From Vicugna vicugna (taxonomy: Eukaryota), in contig MU058423.1 of the NCBI GenBank assembly GCA_013265495.1, positions 5,562,745 to 5,626,744 of the forward strand: a DNA stretch of 64,000 nucleotides. The letters run 5' to 3'. The translations under genes and the position numbers were made by a program. Within the stretch, counting starts at the first letter, position 1. Each line of letters begins with the position of its first letter. The notes under the pieces were generated by a model. That model saw only the letters and a list, made by a program, of their open reading frames with translations, ran no database searches and had not been told where the DNA came from. Of the stretch, positions 51,961 to 64,000 are shown piece by piece.

Positions 51961-52994
51961 AAAATCATTTATATATCCTATTAGATGTTCTGTTTCTCTA
52001 GCTGAGCCCTGACCAATACAGCCATCTCACCAGTCTTTGCTGTATGTTGGAAACAGGGAAAATTAGAAGAAATGATATATTATATTACTCTGAGGTCTGA
52101 GCTGCAGTGGTTTAAGGCTCCAAGTAGAGAAATGAATGTACTCTAGCAAATGTTTTGAAAGAGCAACTTCAGATTGGTGGACAGAGCAAAGAAAGATTCT
52201 TGAAACAAGTCGTAAGTAAACTGTTGTTTCATTAAGTGAGTTTTTGTTCAGTTTAATAAGGACTATGTAATTTATATAATGTTATCAGTTCAGTATTATG
52301 TAATTATTCAAATAATGTAAAATGATACCTTTCTTTTCAATATGTATCCCTTTGTACAATATTATTCTACTACTAGCATACAAGTTGTGAGATCATCTTT
52401 GAATATTTAGTTTCAAAGTCTGGGAAAATCATGCAGCTTTGGTACTACAAGCACATAACTTATGCTGGAAAAGTCATCAATATTCTTAGAAAAAACAATG
52501 AGATTCCTTGCTGCCATTACGATAAGGGTAGAAGGTGGCAAATTAACAATGTTCTGTCAGTGGCTACTTATCCATATGTGCCCTGGTTATGTGTTGGTCC
52601 AGGCCACCCAGACAGATGTGTAATTGATTGGGATTATCCACTATGGAGCTGTTCAGGCTGCCACTGACGGCTCTGCCTTCAGTACTCTCCCTTGATGTCC
52701 ATCTTATACATTTTGTGGATTAATAAGCTTATTGGGGAGATTTACCATTGTGATTTTGTTTTGACTCATCTGAATTTTTTTTTTTTAAGTAGCCACCCAT
52801 ATGTCTAATGATTCTCAGATCTACTGAGGTTCTCAAAAAGCAAATGATTTCCAGAATGGTGGGAGAAAGGGAGACTCCTTGGAGAGAGGGGGATATTGGT
52901 TTTTCTCACCCAAAAGATTTGAGTTTTAAAGAATTTCTGATTTGGAATCTGAAAATCTGAATTTGAGGCCTTACCATTTAAGTGCCAATTTATC

Positions 52995-53380
52995 AGTTGC
53001 CTGGGCATTTAATAGTACTTTAGGAGTATTTCAATCTTAATTTCCTTATTTACAAAGTCTGGATAAGAGTTATCTTATCAATTAGGACTATATTGATTAT
53101 ACACATACAAGATAATATACATGAAAATAATTGTTCTTAAAGTGCTATGAAAATAGTCATATTTCACACTGAGGTATCTTTATTCCAAATAGTAATAATT
53201 ATTAGGATTATCATTATAATTAAAATTAACTGTGTGTCCAGTATGCCATACAATCTTTTATGTGCTTTACAAACTTTCTATTCTCGCTATAACCCTATGA
53301 AGAAAGTACAATTACTACCCTAATTTCACAAATGAAGGAAATTAGATTTTCCACGGTCATGTATCTGACAAGTGATACTT
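52995..53380. mobile_element. Two MIR fragments in opposite orientation
   Basis: aatttccttatttacaaagt (+) and tgtgctttac...aaccctatgaag...attactaccctaatttcacaaatgaagga (-). Confidence 0.55.
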
Positions 53381-56300
53381 TCTTGTAATTTTAAGGATGG
53401 AAGATTGTTGTTTTTCACCCAAAACATAGCTCCTCAGTAAGGTAATATATATTTCTTAATTGCTTATTATATCACCTAGAAGTTCCCAAAATAGTATTGC
53501 ATTTTTCCTCCCTGGATTTGCGTAGTAAATTTAGAGGTAGAATAAACTGGAAAACATGCTATTGGCTGTATACCTAGAATCGCTGCTTACAGTTCTTGCA
53601 GTTATTTATCTGTAACAGATGATCAGGAATTTTCAAAAAAGCTAGAAATATTCACAGCTCTCAATACATGGAGCAATTATTATCTTGATACAAATAATGC
53701 TAAACACAGAATTTTTCTTACTCACTTATATAAGTTAGAGCTCACAGGGTTTGTGTAAAAAAAATCACTTCTACAAATGTCAAAAAATTACAATTCAACT
53801 AGTGCTATAAATACCATACTACTATCTCCATTTTTATTCAATCTAAAGCAAAAGAAATTAGGCACACTTTAAAAACATCCAATCTGGTAGGAAAGGCTTT
53901 TAAAAAATACATTTTAATTACACGTTTTAAAATTAAATGATGTGGAAAAATACATAACCTCATTTATCAATTTTTACACTATGAGTAACAATAGCCCTGA
54001 TAATGATGTAAATTAAACATTACTGGAGAAAATTCTGTCTATTAAGGCTCAAAAATGAAAGACCAAAAAAGATACAGTGGCATAGTAGAATGACTCAAAA
54101 TCTAATATATTTTGTTAGTCAACACTCAGAAATAAATGATTACTTAACTACCATGTAATAATATTATCTATGGTACTGAGGCAAAGGAAATCTGGCACTT
54201 GACCTAAGAAATGTTGGAATATTTTTTAAGTCTAGGAATTATTGATTGTTGGCAGTGTAAATCTAAATCCTTAAACTACATAATGCATTTGAGAATCTGA
54301 GAACAGATTCACATTAGTGTTCCTAAGAGTTTCTAATCTTATCTCCAGCCCATAGAGATACATGTTTTAGATGAAGGATGGCAAAACATACAACGCAGGT
54401 GACTAGGAAATGCTTTGTCAGGAAATATGCAGAGACGGCTGAAATCTGTAAGTTTAGCCTGCAAATGAACTACTGGGCCAGGAAACACATCTGGAGGGGA
54501 CTGCTTGTCAATACTTTCAACATAATCACAGATAGATTAATGCATTATCACATTCAGGTAGTCAGTGTTGTATGGGAATATTATTTTCTCTAAACTGAGG
54601 CAATTTTTTTCTACTCTATCTCTCATACATATACACCAGCAAAGTTATGTATTTTGAAAAGATTGTTTCCAGGAAGATAGATAAGTTCTTTTAAGCTTTT
54701 GATAGCTTGTATAAATATCTGCCTTGAAGCTGTAGAGATATAGCACAATTCATGTCTTCCTGAACATATTTCAAAAGTAGAATTCTAAAGCATCAAAGAA
54801 GGGCCTTATAAGGGATCAAGTATTAACTCACTAGAGGAAATTCACTTCATTTTTTAAACTTCATTAAATGCTTTGTGATAATGACTGAGTCAACCTCCAG
54901 AAGAAACTGAAAGTAGTGCCACCAGACTCTGCCTTTGGTCATGACCTAGTGAAAATCAGCATCCAAATCAAATTTTTAAAAACACAGATTTCCTAGTTAT
55001 CACATTGATGGAATTACATAGGTAGTGTCTATAAAATGCAATTTTCAAAATTTAAAAACATGACCCACATACAAATACAGAACAAACATGCATCAAAGAT
55101 ATTTGCTGAAAACAATCAGTTAAGGAACTAGTAGGATGGTAATGCTGGTTCAAGAAATAATTTGAGAAATGAATATTTATATAATCACTGGTGATTATAA
55201 TTAAATTATATATAATTAAACACATTAATAGATACTAAACTGGTTAAAGTCCTACAGAACATTAAAAATATGCCACTGAAATTATCTTTTCTACTAGTAA
55301 GAAATCCACTAGTTAACATGTAACTCCATGTCTGGTTGCTAATCACCTAATAAACAGCAAAGATAAACACAAGTACATTTTCCTACATAATTAATAATAG
55401 TTCAGGGAGTCTGTTAGATAATACTCCATTATGATAGGGGAAGAAAATTAAGCCATTTTCTTGTTTTATTCACAAATATTAGTTATACACACACGTACAT
55501 ACAGACGCACACATTTTCCCCCTAAAAACCCAAAGTGGATACTATGTGTAATTACAGAAAACAAACAATTTTCATAGACACACATAAAGCATTCCTTCAG
55601 GGAAATCCAAATAAAATTGAATGACATTTTAAGAAGGCATGAAAGTCACTGTAGTTTATACTAAATATAGAAATGACCTTATTTTTATACTCACTGTATA
55701 CCTAACTGCAGTAAACACCAAATAAAGCTTAAAGTGAACATAGAAAAAAAATTTTGCAGAGTATTCATTTTAAAGAATGTACATAAGAGGAATGTTTCAT
55801 TAAAATATTAGCATTGTATGTGTTTCTTTTTCTACATTGACAATATAGTTTAGGATGAAAATTTTGCTGTCACAACACTCTGGACAGCAACTGTGTGTCG
55901 TGGTCACGCTTGATGACCATGTGGAGTAACATAAAATGTTACTCTTGATCTATGAATTTCCAGAAAGTCAATATGACACTCCCTAAGTCTTAGTGTAACA
56001 GATAACATTAGAATAACTTCCAAACTATATATTAAATGTACACAACCAAAATGCTTGCTAGTAATTATTGCAGAGTAATTCCCAACACAATTAGTTATGC
56101 TTAATTGATATTATAATGAAAGAGATATAATCACAATATTTTTGTATGTCCCTTAATTTAACAGGCTGAATATTTTTCAATTTCAGGTGATTGTCCAAGT
56201 TTGGAATATTTTCAATTTTCTTTAAAAATTAAAATTAAAGGAACGTCACAAAATAAGTTTTTTTAAGTTTGGATAACTTTAAAAATCTATCACATTTGTA

Positions 56301-58289
56301 TATTGAGATTTAAGCACAGTTTAAAAAAAGGGGGAGTTAAATAGATGATTATCTGCAAAATAATTCCTCTTTATTTGATCTGTGACAATCACAATCCATC
56401 AATAAACACCAATAGTTATCAATTTACCCCTTACAAGACTTGGTACTCATAAATTTATAGGACTGCCAAATAAATAACATCAAATTCCCTTTTCCAAGTA
56501 CTTCAAGTTATGATATATGCTATTTTACCTTTCCAGTACATTAAATAAATTGATTTCAGGGAAAACTGTGTAAAAATTAAAATTGATATTTCCTAACATT
56601 TATTTCATTGCCATCATGAAATTGTATATAGCTTATTTTATTTTGCATTACTCAATAGTTGAGTGTGGGTCAATAAATACAACTAAAAATATAATTTTAC
56701 TCATGTAAATTATCTCTCACATATAAGAATTTAGAAATGGTTATAGTCACTTTTATATAGAATAACAAAAGTCCATTTTACTACCATTTTCCCTTTTACA
56801 ACAATATAAAATTAGAGTAAAAAATAAAGTTACTGTTCTACTTAATTGGTCTTATATGGCAAGAAAATGAAATAAATGCTTGAAAATATATGAATTAAAA
56901 AATACTTCCACAGAATTATATGTAACAAGCAGGAAAATTATTAAATGGCTATAAATTTTGACAAATTTTGTGTGCTCAATAGCATTCTATACGTCATAAA
57001 CAATAAGATCATTTTATAGGTAGTAGGTAATGATCCACTCTTTCAATACATTTATGCTTTTATTGTTTAAAATAAATGTTATCTGTTGACTTTTATAATA
57101 TTAGGTGATAAGAAAACCAAATGAGCTATATATTGTTTTGCCTACTTTTTTCTTTTTTGCCAAAATGATATTTTGCCTCATCTACACATTCAAGGTATTT
57201 TTCAATGATTAACTGACTTTTTTGTCATACTCTATTTATGAATTTTTTCCTTCAAATAGTTTAATAAAATGGTTTAGTTAACACATGTAATAGACCAATT
57301 TTGTCCTTTCAAAACTGAGCTAGACTCATTATTTCATTTTATTTAATATTTCCTGAATATATATAATCACAAAACAGGATGCCATACATAGATAGTACAC
57401 TTTTTATGAACATTGTATTATTATAATCTCTTCCTTTTCCTGTCTTAGTACATTTCTTGTTATGCTGCACTAGGAGCCAATATATAAGCAGGAACATAAA
57501 AATTAGGCATTATGACCCAGAAGGATATGCTGCTTTAAAAATGAACTCTCAAACACAATTGGCTTCTTTTAGCTTCAAATAAATCTTCTTGGTGGTTAAG
57601 TAACCTTTACTCCTAAAATCCAATGATACATGAATAAAAAAAAACCTATTTTCACACAGAGTAGGCTTAATTTTATATATTTAAGCACAGTTTGCTATTT
57701 CACAATAATACTAGAACCAGAATAAACACTGCATTTTAAAACTTTATGGAACTAATTTATAGTGTAGGGCAGGCACAAACTTGATCTCATGGCAGCAAAA
57801 TTTTATGTTTCCATTTCAGCAATACTGCCTAACACAATAATATCAGGCCAGCAAATCTTAAATATAAGTTAAGCTATCATGATCCATTGCCTTATAAAGC
57901 TAGAGCACCCTGTGGAGTCATGCTGAATATGCCAAGTGATTTTTCAAAATTTAATCATCCTAAATGTCAGATAAAGGTGCTTTTGCTGTCATTCTTCAAA
58001 ACTGGGACAAAAATCCCAAGAGTGCCTCCAAGTTATAAAGCCTCGTCTTAATACTAGTATTAAATAAACAACACCCTTTCCAATCACCATTCATTTTGCT
58101 ACTCACAGTAAACAAAAACATATTATAATGCTATAAGGCAAATTCAAAAATAAATAGCTATTTTTTAAAGGTAAAAATATAGACATCTCCCTAACAAGAC
58201 ACAAACTTCTTATAACCATCAGGTCAATTTGAATTTCTTTTTTGGTCATTACCGGCTACACTGACAAAAGTTTGGCAGCTTTAGAAACA

Positions 58290-59415
58290 ACTTATTGTGA
58301 ACATACACCCAAATGTCCTCCACAAAAATATGAGCAAATGGAATCAAGCAATAAATAAAAAGGATAATACATCACAACAAAATGGAATTTATTCCCATAA
58401 TTCAAGGCAGGCTCAAGATCTGTATATCAATGTAATTCATCATATTAACAGAACTAACAAGAAAAAAGCTCAAGATCCTATCAGTAAATGCAAAGAAAGC
58501 ACTTGGGAAAAAACAACAGCAACATCAATTTATGGTAAACTCTCTGTAAATTTGGAATAAAAGGGAATTTCTTCACTTGAGAAGGGTATCTGTAATAACC
58601 TACTATTAACATCATACTTAATAGTGAAGGCCTGTATGCTTTCTCTCTAAGATCAGAAATAAGGTAAGAACATGCTCTCCTGACTCAGATTCAACATTTT
58701 ACTAGATGTGCTAACCAAGGAAATGAAATAAATTAGAAGCATAAAGAATATAAAAGTACAAATAAAACGTATTCTATTCACAGATGAAATGACTTTCTAT
58801 GTGGAAAATCTGAAAAACTCAGTTTTTCTTCTAGAATACACAAAAGACTTTATCAAGTCTTAAAATACAAAGTCTACATCAAACTATCGATTTTATTTCT
58901 ACCTACCAGCAATGAACAATTGGAATTTAAAAATAAATATCATTTACCACAGCACTAAATAAAATTTAAATGTTAGGTAAAAATCTAACATTCAGAATCT
59001 ATGTTAAAAACTATAAAACATGAAAGGAAATAATTAAACAAGAAATAAGTGAAAGATGTTCTTGGACTGAAAGACTCTCTGTTGTTAAGAAATAAATTAT
59101 CCCCAATTTGATCTGCAGATTAAGTGCAATTGTAATTAAAATTCCAGCAGGATTTTTGTATCTGTTAGCTAACTCTAAAATTTATATGAAAAAACAACAA
59201 CAAAAAAAAGTGAACAGACAAAAATTATTTTGAAACTGCAGAATAAATTGGGAGAGGCACACATCTCAATTTAAATCTTTACTTAAAAGCGGCAGTAATC
59301 AAGACAGCGCGGTATTGGTGAAAGCAGAGATCCACAGATTAATGGAACACAATAAATAGACTAGAAATACACTCCCCAAAGTTCAGTCAATTGATTTTTT
59401 TAACAACGTTATAAA
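58290..59415 (+). mobile_element. Old L1 ORF2 (RT region) fragment
   Basis: INVIHHINR in ORF 58297-58560; gtaatcaagacagcgcggtattgg...gattaatggaacacaata. Confidence 0.85.
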
Positions 59416-60007
59416 GAAATCCATTTGATGCCTCTCTCTGCCTCCCTCTCTCATTCTTTTCCTTTCTTTTTTTTAATCTCTCTCCCTTTTCCCATGCATA
59501 CACACATAAACACACACACATTTCACACATTTCATTTATACCCCACAAGTTCCATCTCCACCAGAATCCCAGTTCTGCATTTACCATCTGCAGGTTTACC
59601 TTGTGGTCCACCAGCTGCAGGCTATTGTTAATTACATACCTGACCATCACTGGGCGCTGCAGCGAGAGGCTCAGGCAATGACCGACAGGTTCTCGGGGAG
59701 CCCCGTGGGTAGCAGCATCTCGGGCAGAAGAGGCAGGAGTTCCAGGCCTCCACCCACGTCTTCAGGCCTTGGGAGTAGCTGAACACCTCCATGCTGGGCG
59801 CCATGTCAGGGTTTTAGGCCGGCTTGAAGCGCAGCTGAGGGTCACTGAGCTTGGTGAAGCTCCCCGGCATGCCACCCAGGAGATGGCCCATGGTGAGGCC
59901 GTGTCAGCCACAAGCCCCCGACCTGGCGGAACCTGGCGAGGTGCATGGAGTCCAGAGTCTCCTACAGGAACACACGAGTCGATGGAGAAGTGCTTAGTGG
60001 CAGTGGA

Positions 60008-60145
60008 GGGCTGCTTCTGGGCCGGGCTGCTTCTGGGCCGGGCTGCTTCTGGGCCGGGCTGCCTCTGGGCCGGGCTTCCTCTGGACCGGGCTTCTTCCGG
60101 GCCAGGCTTCTTCCGGGCTTCTTCTGGGCGGGGCTTCTTCTGGGC
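60008..60145. repeat. GC-rich 16-bp minisatellite (~9 units, GGGCT[G/T]CTTCTGGGCC)
   Basis: Units start at 60008, 60024, 60040, 60056, 60072, 60088, 60104 (partial), 60115 and 60131. Confidence 0.95.
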
Positions 60146-60216
60146 TTGGTCTTAACTGCGCAGGCGCAGGCTGACGTGTGTGTGCGTCCGCAGCAGGTTT
60201 CCACAACCCCGCCTCC
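60126..60216. promoter_or_regulatory. Candidate CpG-type promoter motif cluster
   Basis: GGGCGG (60126), TAACTG MYB-like (60153), TGCGCAGGCGCA NRF1-like (60157-60168), TGACGT CRE-like (60172), CCCCGCCTCC GC box (60207). Confidence 0.4.
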
Positions 60217-60348
60217 TCCTGCTTCTTGTGCATATACCCCTGAAAGCCGTACCTACCCTGGGAGAGGTATTCTTGACCCGCTGGGAGAAAAAACGAACTT
60301 ACGGTTATCATTCACAATCATTACTTTTTAAATTGTGTCTTCTAATTA

Positions 60349-60350
<2 letters not shown>

Positions 60351-60380
<30 letters not shown>
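60351..60380. repeat. (GT)n microsatellite
   Basis: Read directly. Confidence 0.95.
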
Positions 60381-60383
<3 letters not shown>

Positions 60384-62559
60384 TGTGTTTTAATGAGTAA
60401 GTTAACTCCCAAGTTGATTGGATAAATATTAAACAAGCAGATATACATTTAAAATAATCCAGTTCTGAAAACACTAAATTATTTAGTAAACCTTCTGCAG
60501 ATAACTTAAATAATTGTTTCTCAGAAATATCAGCTACATGGTATATAAGGAATACTCAATACAAATTTTACTATCAGAATTTTTCACATAGGATTCGTAT
60601 TTTTTTTAAATCACTACTGGAGAATTTATAAGCATAAATGTTGAAAGAAAACCCAAGCCAGCGTATACAAAATCAATATAATAAATCGCTGATTCAAAAA
60701 TCATAATTACTCAATTCAGTTATCATACATAAAATCATTCAAATGGTTGCATAATTTATGTGCCAGTAATTATGCTTACATATCAACTCTGTATCATATG
60801 TGCTAGTTAAGCAGAATATTAATTTTTGCAGATACAAATACCACTGTTTTTCAGGAGTAACATACCACTTTATTGAATTATAATTTACATAAAGTCAAAA
60901 CACTTATTTAAAGTGTGTATTTTGATGAATTTTCGCAAATGTATACAGTCATATAAGAACCACTATGGTCAAAATATAGAATAATTCCTCAGATCAGAGA
61001 CAATATATTATTACCTTTATTCTAATTTTTGAAAGTAGTCTCCATTGCAGATTTGACAATGTGAGTAGAAGATTTCTCTACCTTTCCACCTAGATTTCAT
61101 TTCTATGGTATTGTATAACACCAATGAGTTTGTAATAGAATGATTTGAATATTTCCTTTGACATTATTTATGTACTAGATGGCTGTAGATAGTTCCTTGA
61201 AACCCTCAATTTTCCTGTCAGATATGATACCTTCCCTCCTATCTGTGACAATCTGTACCTGATCTGCACAGAGTTTTCATGAAAATCAAATGAGATAATA
61301 CATTTAAAATATTATAAAATAGAAAACAGTATACAAATACATATTGTTTAGTATAATTATTAATTCAACAAGAGGTTCACAGTTAACTCCTGATACAAGT
61401 TCCTGTCAATTAGGTTTTGCACCCTGCTTTTCTAATCACTTTTGCAGATACAGAAGAATAAAGAAAAAGCATGTTAGTTCCAAATGAATACAGAAATAAT
61501 GTGATCTAGGAGAACTTTACTAAAATCACAGAAGTAGTAGATGCATCCGCATTCCTGCCCTCTGCACAAAAGTTAAGAAGAGTGTGCCCATGACAGGGAT
61601 ACTACAGCTTAATTCTCAGCTTACTAATTCTATAAGGTGAGCAGAAATTTTGAATGAGATGTACATGATGGTTTCTATTTTAAAATACCTTGGAGATAAT
61701 AATGCAGAGTGGTAAAAATTTTGGTGAATTTCTAAGAAGGAACTCAGGAAATCATGACAAATTAAACACAAATCTTGATTTCATTTTAAAGGTTTACTAG
61801 AAAATATTAGAAAACACAGAAAGACAGAACACTAGACGTGGTTATGAATACAACCTACCAGCAAAGCGAATCTAGTGAGAGGTCATTAAGTCCCACCCCG
61901 CCCCCTCACCATTTTACCCAGGTGTTAGAGGATGCAGAACATTTTCACTCACCCACAGTGTTACACCACTATTATCTAAAGTGGTGCCATTTTAGGGAGC
62001 TGGTACTGCTCACAATGATACGGCAGGGCTCCAACATCCACTTTGTAATTGCTAAATGGTTTTCTGCAACTGGCAATCCAAATATTTTGATGCTACTGAA
62101 GCTAAGGGTGATTACATCGGGCCTTTCCTATTCAGTTGTTACCTGGCAAAGTAGGTTTAATGTTTTGAGCAGGCTTTGAAAGGCTAGGGAAATTTTCATT
62201 GTGTTAGACTGTGACAGCACAGGAAAAAGTTAAGGCATGAAGATGTATTTCTTTCCAACATGTAAAATGTATTATCCATTAGGGACTGTGTTTTTCATAT
62301 TTCCATCCAAGATGACTTAAATCCCAGTTAAATATTAACTGATTGTGAAAAAAAGTGAGCATATTCTTTTTTTCAACTCCCTTTAAAGCCAAGTTTTACC
62401 AGAGCTTCGACTCATGATGTCATTCTGTAGTATTTAAAATCTGAGCCCTATTTCTATTTAAAAAGATCACTACAACCTGCTAATAAAGACCTTTTTTCTA
62501 CCACGTATTGAACATTTACTACAAGACAAGCATTTTGCTAAGCATATACGCAAAATAAG

Positions 62560-64000
62560 CTTATTGAGTATATTTGTCGTACAATAAAATTCACTTACTA
62601 AAGTTTATACTTTGATGGGTTCTGACAAATGAATTTGGCTGTGAAATACTATCACAATCAAGCTACAGAACATTTCCTTCATCCTCAAAATTTCCCTCAC
62701 AGCCCCTGAGTAGTCAAGACCCTCCCCTCAAGCCCAACCTTTAGCAATAACTAATTTGTTTTGTGCCACTATAATTTTGCCCTTTCTAAAATTTTTGTAT
62801 AAATGGCAGAAAACAATATGTAACCATTTGTGTATGCCTTTATTCGCATAGCACAGTGCTTTTAAGATTCATCTGTGTTGGGCTTTTCATCAGCTGCTCA
62901 CTCATTTTTAATCACTGAGTGGTTTTTCATTGTGAGGATATAACAAAATATGCTCATCCATTCTCAGTTTGGTGGATATCTGTTTCCAGCTTTGAGCTAG
63001 TATTAAATAGCTGCTATGAACATTTACATACAAATCGTTGCATGACCTATATTATCGTTACCCTTGGGCAAATATCTAGTAGCGATTGTTGAGTGATTTG
63101 GAAATGTGTGCTTAATTATATAAAAACCAACACACTATTTTTCCAAAATGGCTATTCCATTTTGCATTCCCATATTCAATGTATGAAAGTCCCAGTTGCT
63201 TGGTACCCTTATTAATATTGATTTTCTCAGTCTTTTTAATTTTAGCTTTTCTAGTATTAATTTTAGCTGTTCTAGTGGGAGATGGCCTTTCATTGGTTTA
63301 ATTTGCATTTTTTTCTAAAAACTAATGTTAGTGAGCCACTTTAAATCCGCTCATTGGCCATTTAATTAAATGTTTTGATTGAAGTGTCTTAAATGTTTTA
63401 CACATATTATACTTGGTTTATTATTATTAAATTTAAGAATTCTATATATAATTCAGATACAAATCTATGTAAGCATAAATATATTATGTAAATAAATTAT
63501 AAGTGGCAATTATTCTTCTAGTCTGTATGCTGATTTTCACTTTCTTAACAGTGTTTGCAAGCATGTTTTTAAACTTTTGATGTTTATTCTATACATTTTT
63601 TATATATAGTTCATATTCCTTGCATCTTAAGAATTATTTCCCAGAGGGAGGGTATAGCTCAGTGGTAGAGAGCATGCCTACATGCGTGAGGTCCTGGGTT
63701 CAATCCCCAATGCCTCCATTTAAAAAACAAACAAACAAATAAATAAATCTAATTACTCCCTCCAAAACAACCTCGAAGAAAATTCTAAGGAAAAATTATT
63801 ATTTCCCTAACCAAAGTTACAACAATTTTCTTCTATGCCCTTCTATAATTTTTATTGGTTTAGCTTTTACATTCAGGTCTGCAATCAATTTCAAGTTTTA
63901 TTTTGCATATGGTGCAAGACAAGTGTCTTAGCCCAGTCTGACACTTCTGGTTACTATAGCTTTATAGTAAGTTTTTAAAACAGAGTTTTCTACCATCTTT
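62560..64000 (-). mobile_element. L1MB/MC-type 3' end, runs off the window, interrupted by a SINE
   Basis: atcacaatcaagctacagaacatttcc...ttttccaaaatggct...ttttgcattccca antisense L1 3' region. Confidence 0.85.
63643..63797 (+). mobile_element. tRNA-derived SINE, camelid Vic-1-type
   Basis: GGGAGGGTATAGCTCAGTGGTAGAG (A box), GGTTCAATCC (B box), tail aataaataaatctaattactcc; TSD ATTATTTCCC (63633-63642 / 63798-63807). Confidence 0.85.

Larger units (their letters stand above)
59580..60283 (-). pseudogene. FARSA: Processed, 5'-truncated pseudogene of phenylalanyl-tRNA synthetase alpha
   Basis: Colinear, intron-less fragments [95 protein letters not shown] match the FARSA C-terminal half as I recall it; multiple frameshifts and stops. 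Confidence 0.9.

Noticed and set aside
60008..60145. CRISPR-like array
   Set aside because: Units are head-to-tail with no unique spacers, there are no cas genes, and the DNA is mammalian.
59769..60331. Overlapping 80-128 aa repetitive ORFs as novel proteins
   Set aside because: They arise from the stop-free GC-rich 16-bp repeat and the FARSA pseudogene read in several frames.
61838..62179. 113-aa ORF
   Set aside because: Non-ATG start, overlaps MIR/MER-like decayed sequence, and has no recognisable domain.
63646..63717. Functional tRNA gene
   Set aside because: The acceptor and anticodon stems are imperfect, and it has an A-rich tail and TSD; it is a SINE.

Overview
Mammalian, AT-rich, repeat-dense genomic DNA, most likely from a camelid: it carries a Vic-1-type tRNA-derived SINE at 63643-63797. 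Most of the window is transposable-element debris: L2, MIR, old L1M fragments, MaLR/ERVL/ERV1 solo LTRs, a deleted ERV1 provirus (integrase, PABL/envR(b)-like env, 3' LTR) nested inside another LTR, and a young 5'-truncated L1 with a probable 3' transduction. I cannot name any intact, complete protein-coding gene. The most notable non-TE signals are: (i) a 5'-truncated processed FARSA pseudogene (59580-60283, minus strand) that stays CpG-rich, contains a 16-bp minisatellite expanded from its own AQKKP codons, and carries clustered NRF1/CRE/GC-box/MYB-like motifs plus a strong splice donor; (ii) a long series of AG...GT-bounded exon-like blocks on the minus strand from about 54.8 kb down to 1.9 kb, some open and many with stops, suggesting a decayed or poorly known multi-exon gene downstream of that retrocopy; (iii) an orphan retroviral RT fragment. 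Repeat family names and protein matches come from recalled consensus features, not from a database search.
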